From the sequence record SRR20825019_3015: a DNA stretch of 36,830 bases; one strand, 5' to 3'. The position numbers were made by a program, and so were the translations under genes. Below are positions 27,488 to 36,830 of the stretch, piece after piece (the first letter of the stretch is position 1; every line of letters starts with the position of its first letter). Under the pieces are notes generated by a model. That model was not told the origin of the DNA. It saw only the letters and a program-made list of their open reading frames with translations, and did not search any database.

Positions 27488-28057
27488 ATGAAACGTTTAT
27501 TAGTATTAGGAACATTATTTATGTTCTCAGTAATTACAGTGCAGGCACAAGAAGTTTCTTTTGGTTTAAAAGGAGGTTTTAACGCTGCAAATACAAAAAC
27601 AGATTCAGGCTTTGAAACTGAAACAAGAAATGGTTTTCACGTAGGGTTATATGCTGAAAATAGATTGAGTGATGTTTTTGCAATACAACCAGAGTTAATT
27701 TACTCACAACAAGGTTTTACAGAATCTAACGGAGCTTCAGAACGCGAGCAAAAGGTAGATTATTTAAACCTTCCGGTAATGCTTAAGGTTTACGTTATTC
27801 CAGGATTGTTTGTAGAAGCTGGTCCTCAAATTGGATTGGCCATTAACGATAAAGAAGAAATTAATGGTCCTTTCTTTACATCTGAGACAGAACGTGATCC
27901 AGATTCTTTTGATTATGGTGTAGGACTTGGTGGTGGTATAAAACTATTTAATGGTCTTATGGTTGGTGCACGCTACAATATTGGTTTAGGTGAACTTTAT
28001 GAAGATGTTGAGTTTAATAACCGCGTGTTTCAAGTTTACTTAGGAATAGAACTTTAA
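27488..28057 (+). CDS. Outer membrane beta-barrel, paralog of the upstream gene
   Basis: FGLKGGFN, QPELIYSQQG, VDYLNLP, GPQIG, ARYNIGL. Confidence 0.87.
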   Translation: MKRLLVLGTLFMFSVITVQAQEVSFGLKGGFNAANTKTDSGFETETRNGFHVGLYAENRLSDVFAIQPELIYSQQGFTESNGASEREQKVDYLNLPVMLKVYVIPGLFVEAGPQIGLAINDKEEINGPFFTSETERDPDSFDYGVGLGGGIKLFNGLMVGARYNIGLGELYEDVEFNNRVFQVYLGIEL

Positions 28058-28080
28058 TTTAATTAATTATAAATTCGTTC

Positions 28081-28116
28081 AAAAAGCCACGTTGCACATT
28101 GTAATGTGGCTTTTTT
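28081..28116 (+). terminator. Intrinsic terminator
   Basis: AAAAAGCCACGTTGCA-cat-TGTAATGTGGCTTTTT stem with G-U pairs and a T tail. Confidence 0.8.
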
Positions 28117-28130
28117 AATACCTTTACAGT

Positions 28131-28565
28131 ATGAAATTACTCATTATAAATGGTCCTAATATAAATTTATTAGGCAAACGTGAACCAGGTATTTATGGCA
28201 CTCAATCTTTTGAAGATTTTTTTGTAAACCTTCAATTTAAATATAAAGATGTAGAGTTGTCTCATTTTCAATCTAATGTAGAAGGAGAGTTGGTAACTAA
28301 ACTTCAAGATGCAGATACAGAGTTTGATGGCATTATATTAAACGCTGCAGCATACACACATACTTCAATTGCAATAGGAGACGCTGTAAAAGGTATCATG
28401 ACCGCAGTGGTCGAAGTTCATATATCGAATACATTTTCTAGAGAAGAATTTAGGCATAATTCATTTATCTCGCCTGCAGCAAAAGGTGTTATATTAGGCT
28501 TCGGAATGCAAAGTTATGAATTGGCCATACAAAGCTTTTTAAATACAGTTGAAGATGAAGGCTAA
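28131..28565 (+). CDS. aroQ: Type II 3-dehydroquinate dehydratase
   Basis: INGPNINLLGKREPGIYG, QSNVEG, NAAAYTHTS, EVHISN. Confidence 0.96.
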   Translation: MKLLIINGPNINLLGKREPGIYGTQSFEDFFVNLQFKYKDVELSHFQSNVEGELVTKLQDADTEFDGIILNAAAYTHTSIAIGDAVKGIMTAVVEVHISNTFSREEFRHNSFISPAAKGVILGFGMQSYELAIQSFLNTVEDEG

Positions 28566-29277
28566 AGCGTTTTTAAATTGGAGTAGTGGTAAAGATGCAG
28601 CATATACACTACAACTTTTAAATACCTTGGAAGAATATAATGTTGAAGCTTTAGTAACTACCGTAAATTCTGAAAATAACAGAGTCTCTATGCACGGTTT
28701 ACGCGCTGAGTTTTTAGAACTACAAGCAGAAGCATTGGGGTTAAAATTAAAAACTATTGCGTTGCATGGCCAGGTTTCTATGGAAAGCTACAATAAGACT
28801 ATGCAAGATGCTGTTTCAGCTTTAAAAACATCAGGATTTACGCATAGTGTGTTTGGTGATATCTTTTTAGAAGACCTAAAATCTTACAGAGAAGCGCAAT
28901 TACAGGACGTTGGTATTTCTGCCGTTTTCCCATTATGGAAAAAGAGTACCACACAACTTTCTAAAGAAATTATAGCTTCAGGCGTTAAAGCAATTGTAGT
29001 TTGTGTAAATGCTAACGTGTTAGATAAGTCTTTTTGTGGTAGGGAATACAATGAGCAATTTTTAGAAGACTTACCGAAAGAAGTAGATCCTTGTGGTGAA
29101 AATGGAGAGTTTCACACCTTTGTTTATGATAGCCCATTATTTAAAAACAGCATAAAATTTACTGTAGGAGATATTGTAAATAAAACCTACAAACCTGTTT
29201 CTAAAGGCAGTAATTGTCACAAAAACAATACAACTTGGGATACTTCGTTTTGGTATGCAGATTTACTACCAAACTAA
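28555..29277 (+). CDS. PP-loop ATP-binding protein, diphthine-ammonia ligase/MJ0570-like
   Basis: WSSGKDA, VFGDIFLED, FPLW, DPCGENGEFHTFV; overlaps the aroQ end. Confidence 0.88.
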   Translation: MKAKAFLNWSSGKDAAYTLQLLNTLEEYNVEALVTTVNSENNRVSMHGLRAEFLELQAEALGLKLKTIALHGQVSMESYNKTMQDAVSALKTSGFTHSVFGDIFLEDLKSYREAQLQDVGISAVFPLWKKSTTQLSKEIIASGVKAIVVCVNANVLDKSFCGREYNEQFLEDLPKEVDPCGENGEFHTFVYDSPLFKNSIKFTVGDIVNKTYKPVSKGSNCHKNNTTWDTSFWYADLLPN

Positions 29278-29336
29278 CAGCAATTTCTTTGCTTAAATGT
29301 CCCATCAGGCTTACATTTGCAACACTAAATTTATAA

Positions 29337-29969
29337 ATGAAATCTGAAGATTCAAAACATAAAAGATCTACACCTAAAAAGTCTCGATTTAGATTATTAC
29401 ACCAATATTATAGCTATACGGGATTTTATAAATTTTTAGGTACCAGCTTAAAGAAGGCATTACCACCTATATTAATATTTATAGGTATTTTAATGGGTAT
29501 ACATTATTTCGTTATTGATATTAATGAATTACTTGTTAAGATGACAGAAACGTATTCTGCCATTGTAATACTTACAGTGTTTTTTATATCAGAATCTATT
29601 TTAGGTATTATTCCTCCAGAAATATTTATTGCTTGGAGCGATAAGACAGATGCACCATTGGTATACTTATCTATCATTGCATTATTATCTTATTTAGGAG
29701 GTATTATTTCTTACTTTCAAGGTGTTCTTATCACTAAAATTCCTGCAATGCACGAGTATTTAGAGGTAAAGATGGCTAAGCACGTAAATAATACTAGAAA
29801 ATGGGGTGGTTTTCTAATTATTGTTGGAGCACTTTTACCTATACCATTTGCAATGACAAGTATTGCTGCTGGTATGATTAAATATCCATTTGTAAGTTAT
29901 TTATTATTCGGGTTGTTGCGTTTTGTAAGATTTTACCTTTACGCTCTAGCTATCTTTAGTTTGGTATAA
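29337..29969 (+). CDS. YqaA/DedA (VTT)-like membrane protein
   Basis: SESILGIIPPE, GALLPIPF, RFVRF; TACATTTG at 29312-29319. Confidence 0.8.
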   Translation: MKSEDSKHKRSTPKKSRFRLLHQYYSYTGFYKFLGTSLKKALPPILIFIGILMGIHYFVIDINELLVKMTETYSAIVILTVFFISESILGIIPPEIFIAWSDKTDAPLVYLSIIALLSYLGGIISYFQGVLITKIPAMHEYLEVKMAKHVNNTRKWGGFLIIVGALLPIPFAMTSIAAGMIKYPFVSYLLFGLLRFVRFYLYALAIFSLV

Positions 29970-29971
29970 TT

Positions 29972-30241
29972 ATGTTGAAAACATTTAAAATTGTTAGCTA
30001 TTTAGAAGGTATTTCATACCTGCTTATATTATTTGTTACAATGCCCCTAAAATATATTTGGGATATGCCAGAAGCTAATATGGTAATTGGTATGGCGCAT
30101 GGTGTACTTTTCTTACTCTATATAGCTTTAGCAGTTTTTATGAAACAAATTTTATACTGGAATATAAAGACTTTCCTCATTGTCTTGTTGTGTAGTATTA
30201 TTCCATTTGGTACGTTCTGGATGGATAAAAAATACCTGTAA
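29972..30241 (+). CDS. DUF3817-family small membrane protein
   Basis: LEGISYL, GMAHG.LF..Y, IPFGTF. Confidence 0.85.
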   Translation: MLKTFKIVSYLEGISYLLILFVTMPLKYIWDMPEANMVIGMAHGVLFLLYIALAVFMKQILYWNIKTFLIVLLCSIIPFGTFWMDKKYL

Positions 30242-31069
30242 TTAATTAGCATTCATAAATGCTTTAATTTCTTTAGCTCTATTATTCCAAGGATAAAAGT
30301 ACTGCACAATCATTGGTACGTGTTTTTTATCTAATTTAATAAGTTTTGCTTCGGGTTGTACCTTGAGTAACTCTTCTCTAAATATTCTATTTCCTTCAAT
30401 AATAGAGTTATAGGTTTTTGTACCTAGATAGGTAAAAATAGGAGGTGTTTCAGTATCTATGTGATAAAGTGGAGAAGCTTCTTTCCATAGTTTAGGATTT
30501 GTAGTCCAAGTGGTTACATAATTATCTGGTTCTTCTTTTGGTGGGTTTTCTTTAAGATAACTATACATATCTAAGCCTGCTGCATCATTTAAGATTATAC
30601 CTTTAATTTTAGATGTTTCTCCTTTATACTTTGGAGACATTGTTGCCAAAGCTGCTAAATGTGCTCCTGCAGAGTGTCCTGTAATAAATATCCGTTCTGG
30701 ATTACCACCATAGGTTTCAATAGTATTATATGTCCACGTAATAGCTTTAGTAACCTGTTGTGCCATTGTATCATAATTAGCATTTGGGCTTAAAGTGTAG
30801 TTTGGAATTACTGTAACAATATCTTCCTTGCCAAATTGCCTTCCCATAAAACCATACATATCTTTATTGCCACTGTTCCAATTTCCGCCATATATAAAGA
30901 TGATAACGTCTTTAAGCTCATTTTTAGATGATCTGGGTGTAAAGACATTTAATTTTAAAGGTTTTAAATCGTGATGTTCTGTATAACTTATATCTTTAAA
31001 CTTTTTAGTTGCACAACTTGTAAAGACCATTAATATAATACCAATTGAAAGAATTTTCTTTGCAGACAT
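30242..31069 (-). CDS. Alpha/beta hydrolase (esterase/lipase) lipoprotein
   Basis: Lipobox FTSC; IYGGNW oxyanion loop; GHSAG nucleophile elbow. Confidence 0.88.
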   Translation of the reverse strand: MSAKKILSIGIILMVFTSCATKKFKDISYTEHHDLKPLKLNVFTPRSSKNELKDVIIFIYGGNWNSGNKDMYGFMGRQFGKEDIVTVIPNYTLSPNANYDTMAQQVTKAITWTYNTIETYGGNPERIFITGHSAGAHLAALATMSPKYKGETSKIKGIILNDAAGLDMYSYLKENPPKEEPDNYVTTWTTNPKLWKEASPLYHIDTETPPIFTYLGTKTYNSIIEGNRIFREELLKVQPEAKLIKLDKKHVPMIVQYFYPWNNRAKEIKAFMNAN

Positions 31070-31106
31070 TTTTATTTTTTAAAGCTTAAAATTACCATTT
31101 ATTTTA

Positions 31107-31742
31107 GTGAGATTAATCATAAAACAAATCTGTTTAACTGTTTGTAGTGCATTGTTAACCATCAATTCATTTCAAGCTCAAAGCACTATTGATGACACTT
31201 TAGTAAACCTGAAATCAACTAGTGATGAATTTTTTTATGATATACGTTATGCAACAGCTAATAATTTTTTAAAATCTGCTTTTTACGATTGTCCTAATTG
31301 CTATTTACAGCCAGATGTAGCAGAAGCACTTTATTTAGCCAATCAATATTTTTGTGAGTTAGGTTATTTTATAAAATTATATGATTGTTATAGGCCTATA
31401 GCTAAGCAGAAGCTAATGTGGGATGCTTACCCTAACCCTATGTATGTTGCAAACCCATACACTAAAGGCTCTATACATAGTAGAGGAGCAGCTGTAGATC
31501 TTACTTTAGTAGATGAGAGAGGTTGTGAGCTTGATATGGGAACACCTTACGATTTCTTTGGAAGAGCAGCACATATTGATCATACCAATTTACCAAAAGA
31601 GGTAATAGAGAATCGTAAACTACTTCAAGAAGGGCTTCTTAAATTTGGTTTTTTAACTATTAGAACAGAGTGGTGGCATTTTAGTTACAAAGCAAATTAC
31701 CGGTATAAAGCTTTAGACATAACATTTAACTGTGAAGAGTAA
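31107..31742 (+). CDS. M15D D-alanyl-D-alanine dipeptidase (VanX/DdpX family)
   Basis: IRYAT.NNF, DCYRP, SIHSRGAAVD, EWWHF; probable signal peptide; GTG start. Confidence 0.9.
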   Translation: MRLIIKQICLTVCSALLTINSFQAQSTIDDTLVNLKSTSDEFFYDIRYATANNFLKSAFYDCPNCYLQPDVAEALYLANQYFCELGYFIKLYDCYRPIAKQKLMWDAYPNPMYVANPYTKGSIHSRGAAVDLTLVDERGCELDMGTPYDFFGRAAHIDHTNLPKEVIENRKLLQEGLLKFGFLTIRTEWWHFSYKANYRYKALDITFNCEE

Positions 31743-31744
31743 TA

Positions 31745-33160
31745 CTAGAAAAAAGAATCTAATTTATCTTCAAAATTGGTATTTTGTAATATAGCATCTC
31801 CTGAAACTATAATACCATCTTCATCTATAAATATTACCTTGTTTATAAAGTTTGTGTATAGTTGAGGTTGAAAAGGAGCATCAACAAGTCTAACTTCGGT
31901 ATTGCTATTATAGTTATAATTGTCTAACAACTTTGTCCAGTCTTCAAAACCTATAAGGTCGGTATTTACAGCTATAAACAAATATTCTGGATGCTCTAAA
32001 CGTATTTGGTTAATTTTATGATGCTTTGAGGTTAAGCGTTGAGAAAAATTATTATTCCAGAAATAAATTACAGTTTTAGATTTCACTCTATTTGTAATAG
32101 GTTCCTTTTTACCACTTATATCCTGTATAATAAAGCTTGAAATCGATTTTCCAGCAAATAAAGAACGTTGCAAGTCTGCTAGATTATTAAAGAAATCTAA
32201 GTTTTTTACTGATGGGTGAACACTATGAATTAGCCTCATAGTCTCCATCATATCTTCCATAGTATTGGACAATAGTAAGGCTTCTGTACCTAAACGTTTA
32301 ATAAAACGCTGTTTAACACTTTGTTCTTTTATAATACTATCTACAGTTACAAGCTTAGCTCTCAGGTTTGTTAGTTCACTTTCTTTGTAACATTCATCTG
32401 GTGAGTTAGTAGTAACACATTGTTCTGCTGTAATATTCTTTACATAAGTATCTAATGTTCTTAAATAGATATAAAATTTAGAAAGATGTTTACTATTAAA
32501 GTTTAAAGAATCTCTATAGCTTAAAAATTCATTAGAGAAGACATTAGACCTATTGTATTTATTTTGAAGATACACATACTGCTCGTTCTGAAAGTAATAT
32601 TGATAATCTGCACTAGTTTTTGCAAACGAAAAGAAATTATCTGAAAATTTAAACTTTTTATGTTGTCTGTTAAGCTCCTTTAATCTGTTATTATATATAC
32701 TATCTGAAATCTTTTTAAATTCTTTTGGAGGATAAGATTCAGACTTTTTAATGAAGTTTACACTGTATTCGTCTTCTAGGAAAGTGTTTATTAATAAGTT
32801 GTTTTTTTCACTGCCATCTCCACTAAATGAAAGGGACTCATCAAACTCTTCGGTATTTAAATAGATACCAAGGCTATCACCAGGTTCTAGAAAAAACAAC
32901 TGGCTTTCTGAAAAATGCTTTATCCAGTAAATATCAGATGCTGCAGAGTCAAACTTATATTGAAACTGGTTTTGTTCATCTAAAAATATAGTATCTGCAT
33001 TACCATTTGTTTGTAAAATGGTAATATAGTTGTTGTGTGGATTAGCAATTTCTCCTATAATATAGGCAGATGGTGTGTCCTTTACTTTTAAAACCTCGTT
33101 TTTACAAGAAATTAAACACAAGAATATGCTAAATAGCAGGCTGTGGTGTTTTAACTTCAT
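31745..33160 (-). CDS. Lipoprotein, TlpA-like architecture without CxxC (paralog 3)
   Basis: Lipobox LISC; FDESLSFSGDGSEKNN; C-terminal KTVIYFW thioredoxin-like strand. Confidence 0.75.
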   Translation of the reverse strand: MKLKHHSLLFSIFLCLISCKNEVLKVKDTPSAYIIGEIANPHNNYITILQTNGNADTIFLDEQNQFQYKFDSAASDIYWIKHFSESQLFFLEPGDSLGIYLNTEEFDESLSFSGDGSEKNNLLINTFLEDEYSVNFIKKSESYPPKEFKKISDSIYNNRLKELNRQHKKFKFSDNFFSFAKTSADYQYYFQNEQYVYLQNKYNRSNVFSNEFLSYRDSLNFNSKHLSKFYIYLRTLDTYVKNITAEQCVTTNSPDECYKESELTNLRAKLVTVDSIIKEQSVKQRFIKRLGTEALLLSNTMEDMMETMRLIHSVHPSVKNLDFFNNLADLQRSLFAGKSISSFIIQDISGKKEPITNRVKSKTVIYFWNNNFSQRLTSKHHKINQIRLEHPEYLFIAVNTDLIGFEDWTKLLDNYNYNSNTEVRLVDAPFQPQLYTNFINKVIFIDEDGIIVSGDAILQNTNFEDKLDSFF

Positions 33161-34601
33161 CTTTTTGAGCTTGATTGTTTAAAATAATAAATCGGTCAAT
33201 AGCATCTGTAAATTCAGGTTCTAAAAAGTGGATGCTTCTCTGTAAAACTCGACTATTTTTATCTAAAAACAATATTCTTCTTGAAAGTTTAATTAAAGTA
33301 CTTTGGCTTTCCTTAAAAGAGGCTAATTTATATTCTTTTGTAGTATTGTATTCAAAATCTTCAATAATATCTAACCATTCACCTTTAGGTTCTTTATCTA
33401 TATTAATTGCTATAAAATTAAGGTCTGGATACATCTTTTGAAGATCATACATCTTATTATGGTAAGCTCTATAATTATCTGCATTGGTGCCAGTCCACGT
33501 CATTATAATTGTAGGCTTAGTTACTACATTGCCTAAAGTAACACTATCTTTTGTATTAGCAGATATTAAAATACGTTGTGCAATTGTGCTTCTGGAAAGA
33601 TAGCTTCTTTGCATATTTGCCAAGTCTTCAATTTTCTCTGCTTGCTTTTCATTTGGTAAAAGCTCAGATACCAATCTGTATATGTCATCAATTTCCTCTA
33701 CACTTTTGGCAGTTATAATGCTAGAGGTTGCAAAATTTTGAAGGTATCTGGATTTTAGACTTTGTAAGGTAATGAGTGAGTCTGTAATTTTAATTCTTTC
33801 AATATAGCTTTCGAGAGTAGAGAGGTTTTGGCAATCATTAGAAGTTTGCTTACATTTTTTTATGTAGGCGTTAGTTATGTAGCTATTAATAAATCTTAAG
33901 TAAGAGAAATCTGATTTTAAAGGAGCGTCATTAAAATTAACGTCTTTACGATATTCAAAATAGGTGTCACTAAATTGGTCTAATAACTCTGGTTTAACCT
34001 TAGTTAAAAAATTAAAGTAGCGCTCTTTAATATCGTAATAGTTGTAATTTACTACTTGTCTTGCTAAATATTTAAACTCATTAGAATAACCTCTTTTGCT
34101 GAGTAATTTCTTAGTTTTTAGTTTTTGAGATTCCCAATCTTCTTTAATATGTTGTTCAAATACTTTAGGACCAACTTCTAATTCTGATATAAGTTTAGAG
34201 TCACTTTTTTCATTGATTAAAAAGATATCTATCAAATAATTATTCTTCTTATGGCCTTTGCCAGAAAAGGAAATAGACTCATCGAATTCGTAAGTATTTA
34301 AGCGTATTAATATACTGTCTTTAGGTTCTAAATAAACAAGTTGTTGCTCGGTAAAATGCTTAAAGTTATAAATGTCTGGTTTAACGTTTTTAACTATATA
34401 TTCAAATCGTCCTTTGTCATCTAAATAAATAGTATCAATTAAAGCATTGTTTTTAAGAAGTACAACGTGGTTAACCTTGGGATTAATAATTTGTCCTCCT
34501 AAAAAAGCATCTGTTTTGCCAATCTTAGAATCCTTAGAAGAATTTTGACAACTAACTAAAGCAGTTAAAATAAGTAGGGCGTAAGTAAGATTCTTAATCA
34601 T
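33129..34601 (-). CDS. Lipoprotein, TlpA-like architecture without CxxC (paralog 2)
   Basis: Lipobox LVSC; FDESISFSGKGHKKNN; KPTIIMTW. Confidence 0.75.
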   Translation of the reverse strand: MIKNLTYALLILTALVSCQNSSKDSKIGKTDAFLGGQIINPKVNHVVLLKNNALIDTIYLDDKGRFEYIVKNVKPDIYNFKHFTEQQLVYLEPKDSILIRLNTYEFDESISFSGKGHKKNNYLIDIFLINEKSDSKLISELEVGPKVFEQHIKEDWESQKLKTKKLLSKRGYSNEFKYLARQVVNYNYYDIKERYFNFLTKVKPELLDQFSDTYFEYRKDVNFNDAPLKSDFSYLRFINSYITNAYIKKCKQTSNDCQNLSTLESYIERIKITDSLITLQSLKSRYLQNFATSSIITAKSVEEIDDIYRLVSELLPNEKQAEKIEDLANMQRSYLSRSTIAQRILISANTKDSVTLGNVVTKPTIIMTWTGTNADNYRAYHNKMYDLQKMYPDLNFIAINIDKEPKGEWLDIIEDFEYNTTKEYKLASFKESQSTLIKLSRRILFLDKNSRVLQRSIHFLEPEFTDAIDRFIILNNQAQKDEVKTPQPAI

Positions 34602-34706
34602 ATTTAACCTCTAAGATTAGGTGAAGTTTTATAAACTATGCAAGTTAACGTGATTATATACAAACTTTTGTTAAAAACTGTTAAAATATGTTAATTGAAG
34701 ATCTTG

Positions 34707-36143
34707 TTACTGGTTAAGAAATTCCAGGATGATTTGCTCAAAATCAGAGTCATTTAAGAGTGTTGCACCAATGACAATTGTACCTTGTTTATCTACAAAA
34801 ATAACTTTATTGGTATAGTTCTTTAGCAGTTTAGAAGCTACCGGAGATGTTAATATATGGTATTCCTTTTCTGGATTATAGTTATGCTCTTCAATAGTCT
34901 TAATCCAAGGATTTACAGACGTTGGGTCTTCAGAGAAATTTGCATAATCTGTTGTAATACCTATAAAATCTACTTCAGGATATTTTATACTAAGATTGCG
35001 TATTTTCTTGTGATTAGTACTGTGGTGCAAATAAGAATCGATATTCCAACTGTGTAATATTGTTGGCTTATTAATAATTTCCTTTAAAGTAGATGTGTTT
35101 TTATCTACATCTACAACTCTTACTGAAGCCATATTACTTCCAGGCAAAAATAATTTTTGAAGATATAAGAGATTTTTAAGTTCTTGTATACCATCTTTAT
35201 TATACCCTAAGTTACTTAATAATTTTATGGTTTTTTGAGATGTTATTGTATCATTACTTAATAAAACACCTTGTTTTCCAAACCTATTGTAAAATCTGTC
35301 TTTAAGAACAGGTAAGTCTGTGATGGAATCTAGTAAGTTGGCTTTAAGCTCTATATTATTAAAATCATTGTTTTTAGTACAATCTAAAACTTCTGTATGT
35401 TCTTTTATACAAATATCAAAAACCTTGTTTTTTAGGTAGTTGTCTAAAAGTCTAATGTTGGTATAGTAATATTGAAACTCTTCATCATTAAATTCTAAAT
35501 CTTCTCTATAGCTAAAATACTCTTTAGTAAAGAGCTTTCTTTTTTCTGGGTAGTACTTAGAGATGAAAAAGTAAAAACGTTCTTTAAGGTCATAATATTG
35601 AAGATGCGCTGCTTTCTTAGCAAACTTTAAATAGTCTTTAGATAAATTTACCTGTGAAGCGATTTTTTCAATCTGCGCTAAATTTCGATTAAGTTGGTCT
35701 TCAATTTTAGCAGAGACAAGATGTGGTTTTAAAGCACTGTTTCTAACTAAGAAATCTTCAGCCAATTCATTTTGTAAATACAAACTGGTAATAAAGTTAT
35801 TTTTCTTGTAACCTTCACCGCTAAAAGCTATTGACTCGTCAAAATTAAATGTATTTATATGGAGTAGGATGCTATCATTTTCTTCAATATAAATTAGTTG
35901 GCTTTCCTTATTATACGAAAACTCATATAAGCCATCGTCAGGATTATTAATTTTAAAAGAAAACCTATTAAAATCGTCTACTTTGGAAGAGTCTACAACC
36001 TTTCCGAATTTCTTTAGGTATATATTGGTAGCTGTAGGGTTTACGATTTGACCACTAAAAATAGCATATCCTTTAGTATTCTCTGATTTGCAAGAATTTA
36101 AAAGAAGCGTAAATAAAAATAGAACTAGTAATGTTGACCTCAC
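34707..36143 (-). CDS. Lipoprotein, TlpA-like architecture without CxxC (paralog 1)
   Basis: Lipobox LNSC; FDESIAFSGEGYKKNN; KPTILHSW; GTG start. Confidence 0.75.
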   Translation of the reverse strand: MRSTLLVLFLFTLLLNSCKSENTKGYAIFSGQIVNPTATNIYLKKFGKVVDSSKVDDFNRFSFKINNPDDGLYEFSYNKESQLIYIEENDSILLHINTFNFDESIAFSGEGYKKNNFITSLYLQNELAEDFLVRNSALKPHLVSAKIEDQLNRNLAQIEKIASQVNLSKDYLKFAKKAAHLQYYDLKERFYFFISKYYPEKRKLFTKEYFSYREDLEFNDEEFQYYYTNIRLLDNYLKNKVFDICIKEHTEVLDCTKNNDFNNIELKANLLDSITDLPVLKDRFYNRFGKQGVLLSNDTITSQKTIKLLSNLGYNKDGIQELKNLLYLQKLFLPGSNMASVRVVDVDKNTSTLKEIINKPTILHSWNIDSYLHHSTNHKKIRNLSIKYPEVDFIGITTDYANFSEDPTSVNPWIKTIEEHNYNPEKEYHILTSPVASKLLKNYTNKVIFVDKQGTIVIGATLLNDSDFEQIILEFLNQ

Positions 36144-36282
36144 TTTGTAAATTAGTTGTGGGTAAATGTAATGTTACTTCAAATTCTACATTGTTAATCA
36201 GTAGTTAAATGGAAATCTGTAATCGTTAATCTTTTATTAATCTCTTTAATATGACTACTTTTGCCGAAAAATTAAACAGTTT

Positions 36283-36830
36283 ATGCTAACAGTTTCAAAT
36301 TTATCTGTACAGTTTGGTAAGCGTGTCCTTTTTGATGAGGTTAACACAACGTTTACACAAGGCAATTGCTATGGTATTATTGGCGCAAATGGTGCTGGAA
36401 AGTCTACCTTCTTAAAAATTATTTCGGGCAAGTCTGAGCCTACTTCTGGCCAAGTGTCTTTAGAGGCAGGAAAACGTATGTCTGTTTTAGAGCAAGACCA
36501 TACATTATATGATGAGTATCCAGTATTAGAAGCTGTTATAATGGGTAATAAACCATTGTATGCTATTAAGAAAGAGATGGACAGCATTTATGCAAAAGAA
36601 GATTTTGGAGATGCAGATGCAGAACGCGTAGGAGAACTTCAAGTAGATTTTGAAGAAATGAATGGTTGGAATGCAGATAGTGATGCTGCGGCATTATTAT
36701 CTAACTTAGGAATAGAGCCTGCTTTGCATTATACAAAAATGGCAGATATAGATGGTAAACTAAAAGTAAGAATTCTTTTAGCTCAAGCACTTTTTGGATC
36801 TCCAGATGTGCTTATTATGGATGAGCCTAC
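36283..36830 (+). CDS. ABC-F family ATPase (YbiT/YkpA-like), truncated by the window end; not in ORF track
   Basis: MLTVSNLSVQFGKR..., GANGAGKST Walker A, LLAQALFGSPDVLIMDEP Walker B; TACTTTTG at 36256-36263. Confidence 0.92.
   Translation, partial: MLTVSNLSVQFGKRVLFDEVNTTFTQGNCYGIIGANGAGKSTFLKIISGKSEPTSGQVSLEAGKRMSVLEQDHTLYDEYPVLEAVIMGNKPLYAIKKEMDSIYAKEDFGDADAERVGELQVDFEEMNGWNADSDAAALLSNLGIEPALHYTKMADIDGKLKVRILLAQALFGSPDVLIMDEP

Noticed and set aside
31107-31742. VanX-like gene as vancomycin resistance
   Set aside because: No vanH/vanA/vanRS context; stand-alone M15D peptidases are common housekeeping genes
33175-36587. Short track ORFs 33175, 34857 and 36369-36587
   Set aside because: Antisense to the lipoprotein genes or to the truncated ABC-F gene
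36736-36770. Degenerate ABC signature (IDGKL instead of LSGGQ) as a sign of pseudogenisation
   Set aside because: Frame is intact, and a divergent first signature is usual in YbiT/YkpA-type ABC-F proteins
1-36830. CRISPR arrays, tRNA/rRNA, riboswitches and IS elements
   Set aside because: No spaced repeat arrays, cloverleaf or rRNA-like tracts, or transposase ORFs seen by eye; an Infernal/Rfam scan would be needed to exclude small ncRNAs

Overview
AT-rich chromosomal segment of a marine-type Flavobacteriaceae (Bacteroidota), judged from the Na+-NQR genes, TAnnTTTG promoters and absence of SD motifs. It is mostly conserved genes: 3' end of nqrF, apbE, a gpmI-trx-map-methyltransferase run, ppk2, an M28 peptidase, maf, a UbiA/DGGGPS-like prenyltransferase, xerD, two OMP paralogs, aroQ, a VanX-type dipeptidase and the 5' end of an ABC-F gene. 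I see no rRNA, tRNA, CRISPR, IS or prophage. The main interest lies in structure the ORF track misses: (i) two GGA-N5-TCC SOS-type boxes on the promoter of a radical-SAM/TIGR03915 putative DNA-repair pair; (ii) an unannotated 35-aa membrane microprotein coupled between a secreted PIG-L/LmbE deacetylase and a Na+:solute symporter; (iii) a 20-bp palindromic operator present twice in a TetR-AhpD-FrnE redox module; (iv) LytTR-type direct repeats before a 2TM-fused LytS kinase with no adjacent regulator; (v) three tandem CxxC-less TlpA-like lipoprotein paralogs; (vi) several probably leaderless genes. All family assignments come from motif recognition by eye, not database searches.
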